Of a DNA stretch of 62,441 nucleotides, positions 55,549-62,441 are shown piece after piece. Source of the stretch: a virus (Duplodnaviria; Caudoviricetes); IMG/VR virus record IMGVR_UViG_3300036853_000205, positions 1 through 62,441 of that record; one strand, given 5' to 3'. Below the pieces are notes generated by a model, which did no database searches, was not told where the DNA came from, and saw only the letters and a list, made by a program, of their open reading frames with translations. The stretch's first letter is position 1. Each line of letters begins with the position of its first letter. The translations under genes and the position numbers were made by a program.

Positions 55549-58500
55549 CTACCTCTGGGGTCGTGCGACTGCGGCGGTGGCGCGCGGCCTGGTGACCGGC
55601 CCGTGTGCTGTGCGGGTGACGACGGGGTTGGGGTCGCTCGCCCCTGCCCGGTCGGTGTAGTGCCGGACCCGCAGCAGCGCGCCGTCCGCCCGATCGGTCA
55701 CGGTGGTGGTGTCGATGAATCGGATTGCCGCCGCCGCCGCGAGGCCACTGGCGGCGCCCGCCGAGTCGGTGAGCCCGATTTTGAGGGTCAACCGCACCAG
55801 GTCGACAACGCTGGCCAGGTCAGGGAAGGCGAACGTGCGGGCTGGAGCGGCGGCGTCGGTGGGTGCCGCGTCGTCGGTGAACGCCTTGGTGAAAGTGCCC
55901 GTGGAACGCATCGCGTCCGTTGCGCCCGCCACGCTCGCAGGGACTCGCCGTAGGTCGGCCTGGCGCCCGAACGAGTCGGCGGCGGTGACCTGCTCGGTGA
56001 TGCTGAGCACGACGTGGTGCGCGAGCACCGGCGCTGCTGCGTCCGTGCAGCCGGCGGAATCGGTGAAGACCAGGCGATGGTGTACGGACACGTCGTCAAC
56101 CGCACCGGCCGTGCTGGTCAACAGCCCCACTCGGCGCGCGGACAGAGTGGCCGTGTCGGACGGTGCGGGCAGAAGCCACGGGTACGCGAACGGTGTGGCC
56201 AGCTCCGACAGGCGCCGCACCGTGTCCCGAACGGCGGCGGTCGTGTCGTCCGCGGTGACCGTGTCGATCAACGCTCGCACTCCGCCGAGCGTCATTGCGT
56301 CGGAGGCTACGGCCGAGTCGGTAAACGCCAGGTTGATGCCGAGCGCGACTACGGGCGCGGCGGAGTCGGTGGCTCCGGCAACGGCTGCGGGCAGAGTGAC
56401 CGACGCGGTACGGCTTACCTGGTCGCTGGCGTCGCTCGGCGAGGTGCGGCGCATGATGCGGGTGCGGCGCAGCACCCCGCCCACCAGAACGTCGGTGGTG
56501 GTGTCGGTGTCGGCATCCGTGGCGTGGGTGTCGTCAAGCGGCTGCATGAGCCGCTGCCACACGAGCCCGTTGTCGCGCGCCCCGGCGGACTCGGTGAACG
56601 TGAGGGTGGTCGACGTGGCGCGGGTGAGCGCGTCGGCAGCGTCGGCTTGATCGCTCAGCGTCAGTGTAAAGGCTCGAACGAGGGTGTAGCTGTCCGCCGC
56701 TTCCGCAGTGTCCAGGACGGACACACTGTGCCCGGCCCAGAAGGTGACAATGTCTGACGCCGCAGCGGTGTCAACGAGCGGCGACTGTGCCGCGAACAAG
56801 GTGTTGTCGGCGGACCCGGCGACATCGGTGTAGGTGACGTGGTTGTCGCGGGTCAGCGCCACATCGTCGACCGCACCGGCGAGGTCACTACGCAAGAGCA
56901 CACCCGAGCCGGATATCTGCACGCTGTCAGTGCTCGTGGCCAAATCGAGCAGAGGCAACGTGCCGGAGGCGGTGAACGTCGTGGCGTCTGTGGCGCCAGC
57001 GTCGTCCTGCGCGGTCCAGGCGATCGCACCTCGGATGGTGGGCGTGGCCGTGTCGGCAGCGTCAACTGTGTCGCCCAGCTCCAGCCGGGTTGCCAGAGCG
57101 GCAGCATCGGCGGCCCCTGCCGAATCGGTGACGGCCTGGTGCAGCGACGAGGTGTGCGTATCGCGCGCCCCGGCGTCGTCGGCGGGCAAGGTGATGCTGT
57201 ACGCGGTGACCAGGCTGACAATGTCGGAGCCAGCAGCAGTGTCTTGCAGGGCCACCGTGGGGCGCAACAGGGCGTCGTCAGAGGCGCCCGCGTCCTCGTC
57301 CGGCGCGGTGGCCAGCGCGGCTGCTCTCGCGTCGCTGCTGGCGGCTGCGTCGGTGCGGGCGAGGGTCAGCGCAGCGGTGCGGCTGTCTCCCGCTCCGGCG
57401 TCGTCGGCGAAGCTCAACGTGGTGTGCAGCGCGTAACTGTCGCTGGCGCCAACGTCGTCGGCCAGCACGATCGCCGATGCCGTCGCATCAGAGGCGCCCG
57501 CGTCGTCGGCAAGCGCGGGGGCCAGCGCGGCTGCTCTCGCGTCGCTGCTGGCGGCTGCGTCGGTGCGGGCGAGGGTCAGCGCAGCGGTGCGGCTGTCTCC
57601 CGCTCCGGCGTCGTCGGCGAAGCTCAACCCGGCGCCGGCGGTCACGGTGACCGTGACGGCGTCAGAGGCCCCAGCGCGGTCCTGCCGGATCAGACGAGTT
57701 GTGCGCGCGGCGGTGTCGCTGGACCCGGCGCGCTCAGCAGGCCGCTGAACCTTTCGCAGGGCGGCGGTGTCGGTGACCGTACTGGATTCGGCGTAAGTGA
57801 AACGCCGAATGAGGGAGTCGGTGGCCCCTGCGGTCTCGGAGAACTTGACGGCCGACAACTTGATGGACGACACGGCGACATGGATGCTGATCGGGTTCGG
57901 AGCGACATACTCGGGCTCGAACTCAAACAGGGCGGCAGAAGTCCACGGCGGATAAGTCGTGTTCCAGGTCTGGGCGACCGTCGAAGACACGATCTTGTAC
58001 TGCGAGCGCACCATGACGTTGGTGGTCGCCGTGCCGCCGGTAGTGCCCGCACCAAGGATCGCCGACCAGGACCCAGCGGTGGTGTCGGCGTCGCCGGTCA
58101 CGGCGGTTGTGGGTGCCGCCGAGGCGGACAAACCGACAACCAGATTGAGTGCGGCGGCAGGGGTCAACGTGCTCGACAGCGCCGAACTCACTGAAGAGTT
58201 GACAACCGCAGTAGAGGCGTTGACCGCGCTTAGGCCAAGGTATTTGAATGCGTAAATGTTGACGGTCTGGGCGGTGGCGCCCACCGTGGTGCCAGCCCAG
58301 TCGAACGTCAAGTTGGTCGTGGTCAGCCATGCCGTCGTCAGGCGCGATGTGTAGATGACGCACAAGGCCTTCGGGTACGCGCCTGCCTCGTTGGTGAAGA
58401 GACTTTGGGCCCCGAGAACGTTGCCAAGGTCGTCTGAAAGATTCGGGTAGTTCAGGTCTGGCCCTGGTAGCGAGAACCCGACAACGATCAGTGCGACTGA

Positions 58501-58605
58501 CCCGGCAGGGACCGCGAGCCCGGTCGGTACGCTCCACGGGCTCTGGTTTGTCGCCTTGAGGGAGGTGACAGTGCCAGCGCCCAGAAACGTGATCGCATAA
58601 GCCAC
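55549..58605 (-). CDS. Large repetitive virion protein (DxAxAxD repeats), candidate head/neck fibre
   Basis: ~235-aa globular N-term then many ~16-19-aa D-x-A-G-A-x-D units. Confidence 0.7.
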   Translation of the reverse strand: MAYAITFLGAGTVTSLKATNQSPWSVPTGLAVPAGSVALIVVGFSLPGPDLNYPNLSDDLGNVLGAQSLFTNEAGAYPKALCVIYTSRLTTAWLTTTNLTFDWAGTTVGATAQTVNIYAFKYLGLSAVNASTAVVNSSVSSALSSTLTPAAALNLVVGLSASAAPTTAVTGDADTTAGSWSAILGAGTTGGTATTNVMVRSQYKIVSSTVAQTWNTTYPPWTSAALFEFEPEYVAPNPISIHVAVSSIKLSAVKFSETAGATDSLIRRFTYAESSTVTDTAALRKVQRPAERAGSSDTAARTTRLIRQDRAGASDAVTVTVTAGAGLSFADDAGAGDSRTAALTLARTDAAASSDARAAALAPALADDAGASDATASAIVLADDVGASDSYALHTTLSFADDAGAGDSRTAALTLARTDAAASSDARAAALATAPDEDAGASDDALLRPTVALQDTAAGSDIVSLVTAYSITLPADDAGARDTHTSSLHQAVTDSAGAADAAALATRLELGDTVDAADTATPTIRGAIAWTAQDDAGATDATTFTASGTLPLLDLATSTDSVQISGSGVLLRSDLAGAVDDVALTRDNHVTYTDVAGSADNTLFAAQSPLVDTAAASDIVTFWAGHSVSVLDTAEAADSYTLVRAFTLTLSDQADAADALTRATSTTLTFTESAGARDNGLVWQRLMQPLDDTHATDADTDTTTDVLVGGVLRRTRIMRRTSPSDASDQVSRTASVTLPAAVAGATDSAAPVVALGINLAFTDSAVASDAMTLGGVRALIDTVTADDTTAAVRDTVRRLSELATPFAYPWLLPAPSDTATLSARRVGLLTSTAGAVDDVSVHHRLVFTDSAGCTDAAAPVLAHHVVLSITEQVTAADSFGRQADLRRVPASVAGATDAMRSTGTFTKAFTDDAAPTDAAAPARTFAFPDLASVVDLVRLTLKIGLTDSAGAASGLAAAAAIRFIDTTTVTDRADGALLRVRHYTDRAGASDPNPVVTRTAHGPVTRPRATAAVARPQR
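57310..57628. repeat. 109-bp perfect direct repeat, 210-bp period
   Basis: 57310-57418 = 57520-57628. Confidence 0.9.
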
Positions 58606-58636
58606 TGTGACCGCCCAATCCTTCGCTGCCTACTGC

Positions 58637-59059
58637 CTACGCTATGGACAGAATTTTTCCGAGGACGTTGAGGCTGAGGGTGATCGATCCGGTGGGCGGA
58701 TAGACGGCAATGCCCGCACCGGTGTCCGCGTAGCAAATGAGCTTCTGGGCACTGGTAGCGACGTCTGCTCCACCGGTGACTGCGGACGACTGATAGAACA
58801 GCAACGCATGAGCCACGGCGGACGCTGTCGTCGTGAGAGTCGCGTCGGCGGCGGTGAAATTGCCACCGGTGATCGCCGCTGATGCCAGGGTCGCGGAACC
58901 GTTGACGACAGCCCCGGCGGCAAGAGCGTCGGCCATGGTGGCGTGTGCCGCGCTGAACGTGTAGGAGCGCACCAGTGCGACTTTCACGGTGGCGGTGTTC
59001 AGGTCGTACTCGGCGTTCATCACACCTGTCACGAACGCGGTATAGGGCAGATTGGCCAC
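58637..59059 (-). CDS. Structural protein (fibre-associated type)
   Basis: DLNTATVKVALV..FTAAD..LICYAD. Confidence 0.68.
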   Translation of the reverse strand: MANLPYTAFVTGVMNAEYDLNTATVKVALVRSYTFSAAHATMADALAAGAVVNGSATLASAAITGGNFTAADATLTTTASAVAHALLFYQSSAVTGGADVATSAQKLICYADTGAGIAVYPPTGSITLSLNVLGKILSIA

Positions 59060-59129
59060 AGCGGTACTCCTTTGACTGGTCGGGCGGGCCGGTTGCCAGC
59101 CCGGCCCGCCATGTCAGATCAGAGGTGCC

Positions 59130-59651
59130 CTAGCTGCCGAGCTGCTTGTGTGCCCACGCGATGGCCAGAGTGTCCGTCGCGCCCTTGGGTGTCGCCGTGA
59201 ACACCACGCGGGCGATGGTGTTGGCGGCGGTGCTGGTGGCGTTGCTCGCCGCGTCGTTCACCAGCACGACTTCGGTCAGTGCGGCGTGCGTGCCGACACC
59301 AGCGACGAAGGTCGTCTGATACGTCACCGTCCACCCGAGACCGGAGCCCAGGTTCTGCGTGGTCGGGAAGCCCGTGTCGAAGGCGACGTTGGTGCCGGTC
59401 AGATAGGTCACCAGCGCCGCACCCGCGCCAGCCTTCGAGGCAGCGGTGGTTCCGGTGCCCAGCTTCATCCCGGTGACCTTGGTGGCGTCGGCGGGTGCGA
59501 GCGGCACGACCGCCGAGGCGATACGTGTCACGTGGTACTGGTCGCCCGCGTCGGTGATCAGATTCTTGACCGCCTGCTGCGACTTGATGTTGCCGTTCTT
59601 GTCGATCAGTGTGACGACGACGAGGCCGGTTACCTCAGAGGTCTCAACCAT
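59130..59651 (-). CDS. Structural protein (fibre-associated type)
   Basis: KNLITDAG..MKLGTGTTAA..F.AG.GT..LTEV..KGATDTLAI.W. Confidence 0.72.
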   Translation of the reverse strand: MVETSEVTGLVVVTLIDKNGNIKSQQAVKNLITDAGDQYHVTRIASAVVPLAPADATKVTGMKLGTGTTAASKAGAGAALVTYLTGTNVAFDTGFPTTQNLGSGLGWTVTYQTTFVAGVGTHAALTEVVLVNDAASNATSTAANTIARVVFTATPKGATDTLAIAWAHKQLGS

Positions 59652-59697
59652 GGTGAAGCTCCGTTTCAGTGTGTGACGTTGGTTGGTGGTTCGACGC

Positions 59698-59907
59698 TCA
59701 TCGGTCGCCCGGGTCCGTGCCGCGCATTTTGTTGGTGACAAGCCGTGGGGGCTTGGCCTCGCGGGGCGGAGCCGGCGGCGGCGGTTTTGGTGCCTCCGCC
59801 ACGGGAACGGCGTTGTCGCCCATCGCCTTGGCGTCGCGGTCGTCAAGCCGCATCCGGGTCTTGTTCGCGCCTACGGTCACGTCGTATAGGCGCAGTTCGC
59901 TACCCAT
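59698..59907 (-). CDS. Small post-capsid protein
   Basis: LYDVTVG..TRMRL..DAKAMG..NKMR. Confidence 0.7.
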   Translation of the reverse strand: MGSELRLYDVTVGANKTRMRLDDRDAKAMGDNAVPVAEAPKPPPPAPPREAKPPRLVTNKMRGTDPGDR

Positions 59908-59923
59908 CGGAGGTTGCCTCCCG

Positions 59924-60199
59924 CTAAGCAATGAGGGCGGCGGCGTCGCCGTAGCGGGCCGCGTCGCTGGTGTTGAGACGCATCTGTGTGGTGGTGCCGT
60001 AGAGAGTCACGGCGTAGAGCTGAAGCGGGCCCCCGGCCACGGCTGTCTCGTCGCTGTCGGGGTCAACCGGCGGGTACGGCATCGGGACCGCTGCGGCGTC
60101 CGGGCATGCGCCGGTTGTGTCGCAGATAGGGCAGCGGTCACCGATGCCGTCGTGAAGGCCCGTGTACGGGCGGCCGGAGCGGTACGGGTCGGGGTACAC
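59924..60199 (-). CDS. Small post-capsid protein, paralogue of the downstream gene
   Basis: CPIC..C; LYAVTLYGTTTQMRL..DAARYG. Confidence 0.65.
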   Translation of the reverse strand: MYPDPYRSGRPYTGLHDGIGDRCPICDTTGACPDAAAVPMPYPPVDPDSDETAVAGGPLQLYAVTLYGTTTQMRLNTSDAARYGDAAALIA

Positions 60200-60211
60200 G
60201 GGAACCCGGAC

Positions 60212-61516
60212 TTACGGGGTGAGGTCGATGCTGGCGAACGCGGACGGCTGGAGAATGCCGAACGCGGCGCGCATCTCGGCGAGGATGGCCACGAGGTTCT
60301 GCACGAAGAACGAGGCGTGACTGTCGCTCATGGTGATGGACGACTGCTCCCGGTCCCACAGGATCGCCTTGCGCCAGTCACCGATCCACGCCTGCCCGAC
60401 AGGTGTGGCTTCGGACTCGATCACCGGCAGGTTCCACACCGGTGCCGTGGTCGCCCCGGCGAGACCCCCGTTGCTGAGGGTGCCGCTCGGACCGCCGAAG
60501 TAGTACCGGCCCGTCAGGTCCGTCAGCAGGTCCAGGTCTTCCACGTCGGCCGGATTCATCACATAGCCGGTGGCGATGGACCGGCCGACCGTACGGATCT
60601 TCGTCTTCGCCTTGCGCAGGGTGACCAGCTTGCTCGTGTCGTACGCCTGCGCCTGCACGCCCGAGGTGGCGGTGAGCCCGGTGAAGTTCTCACCGAGACC
60701 GTCCCCGGAGATCATCTGGTCTTCCAGCTCCTCTTCGAGCCCGTACTCCAGGAAGTTGTCGATGAGAGTGCGGATCTGCGCCGCGTCGGACAGCGCTCGC
60801 TTCGTGATGGGAATCCAGTGCGCGATGGTGCGCACGGGGGTACTGACCTTGACGGTGGCGATCCCCGACTCGGGCTTGGTGCCGTTGGCGGTGGTCGTTG
60901 CCTCGGCCACGGGTGCGGCGTTGTTGGTGGTACCGGTCACGCGCACGTATTCGATGTGGTCGGTGCTGGTGGTGCCCGGGGTCACCAGGTCGCGCAGCAT
61001 CAACGGACGCTCGAAGGGGCCCAGGCCGACCTGGAGGCCGAGGTGGTCCGGCACGAGCAGCGATCCGGCGGACGTGGTGCTGGCGCCGGTCACCAACGCC
61101 TTGGAGCGGTTGCGCAGCAAGCTGTCCACGGCGACGGGACGGGTCTGCACGCGGTGGTCCTTGGAGAAACTGCCGCCGGGCACCGACCCCAACAGTTGGG
61201 TGTACTCGCTGGACTCGGTGAACGTCTGGCCCAGGCCCTTGCCGCTGCGGCGGGCGTTCGGCACGGCAGCCGGAGCGGCCTTGCCGTCGGCTTCGAGGTC
61301 GGCGCCGAGACTGGCGAGGGTCTGACGGACCTTCGCGTCGGCCTGCGCTGTCTTCAGTTCCGTCTTGATCGTGCCCGACTCGTTGATGAGCGCGGCGACC
61401 TCGGTACGTTCCTCGGTGGTGAAGTCACGGTTCTCCTCGTCGGCCTTCGTGGCGATGGCCTGCGCCTTGCCGAGGCATTCCTTGAGCCGCTGAAGCAGCT
61501 TGTCTGCGTTGTTCAT
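60212..61516 (-). CDS. Major capsid protein, HK97 fold with delta domain
   Basis: N-term coiled coil; APVAE..KPES, RTIAHWIP.T..L.D, VMNPAD, NLVAILAE.R. Confidence 0.96.
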   Translation of the reverse strand: MNNADKLLQRLKECLGKAQAIATKADEENRDFTTEERTEVAALINESGTIKTELKTAQADAKVRQTLASLGADLEADGKAAPAAVPNARRSGKGLGQTFTESSEYTQLLGSVPGGSFSKDHRVQTRPVAVDSLLRNRSKALVTGASTTSAGSLLVPDHLGLQVGLGPFERPLMLRDLVTPGTTSTDHIEYVRVTGTTNNAAPVAEATTTANGTKPESGIATVKVSTPVRTIAHWIPITKRALSDAAQIRTLIDNFLEYGLEEELEDQMISGDGLGENFTGLTATSGVQAQAYDTSKLVTLRKAKTKIRTVGRSIATGYVMNPADVEDLDLLTDLTGRYYFGGPSGTLSNGGLAGATTAPVWNLPVIESEATPVGQAWIGDWRKAILWDREQSSITMSDSHASFFVQNLVAILAEMRAAFGILQPSAFASIDLTP

Positions 61517-62441
61517 TGGTGGGAACTCCCATTCGTCTCATGCGAAGTGACATCGGCCGACAACAGGTCGATGGCGGTGCGCAGACGAGACTCGGCGGGT
61601 CCGTGCCGGGTAGCTGGCGAATCCGTCTTGACCCCTTGGGGTTCCTCGGCGGTAGCGGGCTGGGCGGGATTGGCCTTGCCGTCGTTGCTCGTGTCGAGGG
61701 AGTCCAGGACCGACTTCACGTCGGCCATGCCCCCGGCGATCTGGTCGAGTGCGGCGCGTAGCGTCGACTCGTTCTTGGCGGAAAGGGTGCGGCCCGCTTT
61801 GCTGGCAGGCGCATCGGTTTTGGATGTGGTCTGGTCCGTGCCGGGGGCGGTCGGGGGCTCGGCGGGCTGGATCAGGCTCAGCATCTGCCCGAGCAGTTCG
61901 GCGAGCTGCGGGTCGGCGGAAGCGTCCTTGAGCAGGTGCGCTTTGCGGCGTTCGGCTGCGGCCTTGACCTGTTGGATGGTGGCGGCCGGGTTCGCGGGCA
62001 CCTGCACCACGGACACCTCGTGCAACTTGAGCTTGCGCAGCTCGTACACGCCTTGGCCGTTGCGCTCGCCGGGGGCCCCGTCCTCGATGTCGTAGGCGAA
62101 CGACATCTTCCTAACCCGCTTGCCCTTGAGTAGCCGGTACACCTGCGCGGCCTTAGGGTTTTCGAGGTCCAGTTGCGCGGTGATCAGCAGCCCGGCGTCA
62201 GTTTCGCTGGCCTGCAACACCTCCCCGATGTTCATGTCGGGGTCCTGCATCTGGTGGCCCCACAGCAGCGGGATCGGGTCGCCGGACGCTGTCCACGACT
62301 TGAGGTCGTCGGTGAACGCGCCGGGCATCACGACGTCGCCCACGGCATCGATGTTGTTGAAAACGGAGGCGAGGGCGGTGAACTGTCCTTCTTGCAGGCT
62401 CGCGTCGTCGGCGGCGGTGGCCTTCACCAGCACCGCGCACG
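61513..62441 (-). CDS. HK97-family prohead protease (3' part; starts at 140)
   Basis: ASVFNNID..DVVMPGAF, LLWGH, MSFAY, LHEVSVVQVPAN. Confidence 0.94.
   Translation of the reverse strand, partial: CAVLVKATAADDASLQEGQFTALASVFNNIDAVGDVVMPGAFTDDLKSWTASGDPIPLLWGHQMQDPDMNIGEVLQASETDAGLLITAQLDLENPKAAQVYRLLKGKRVRKMSFAYDIEDGAPGERNGQGVYELRKLKLHEVSVVQVPANPAATIQQVKAAAERRKAHLLKDASADPQLAELLGQMLSLIQPAEPPTAPGTDQTTSKTDAPASKAGRTLSAKNESTLRAALDQIAGGMADVKSVLDSLDTSNDGKANPAQPATAEEPQGVKTDSPATRHGPAESRLRTAIDLLSADVTSHETNGSSHQ
62315..62441. repeat. Terminal direct repeat (assembly overlap), copy 2
   Basis: Identical to 1-127. Confidence 0.95.

Noticed and set aside
57310-57628. DGR template/variable repeat pair
   Set aside because: Copies identical, both in frame in one gene, and no reverse transcriptase seen

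Overview
The window is very probably a complete, circularly permuted genome of a temperate, high-GC actinobacterial siphovirus of about 62,314 bp. Bases 1-127 repeat exactly at 62315-62441, the usual assembler overlap. Host is plausibly Micromonosporaceae or another filamentous actinomycete (inference from gene families). Minus strand: HNH/cos region, a five-gene DNA base hypermodification cluster (ParB-like, aGPT-Pplase2-type amino-acid:DNA transferase, AspH-like 2OG-Fe hydroxylase, P-loop kinase, TET/JBP dioxygenase) wedged between cos and the terminase, then HK97-type head, tail and lysis genes. Replication genes include one ~1540-aa Prim-Pol + SF3 helicase + family A polymerase fusion that reads through an AT-rich origin-like tract, a SNF2-type helicase, SSB, Cas4-like exonuclease, RuvC-like resolvase and a C5-cytosine methyltransferase. 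Also present: a large serine integrase with a candidate attP, an antisense tRNA-Leu(UAA) with a 37-nt variable arm (in-frame TTA codons occur in key genes), a repeat-delimited array of small early genes, and a candidate two-state RNA switch. All family assignments come from motif recognition by eye; no database searches were run. Several start codons were re-called from RBS or stop/start overlaps.
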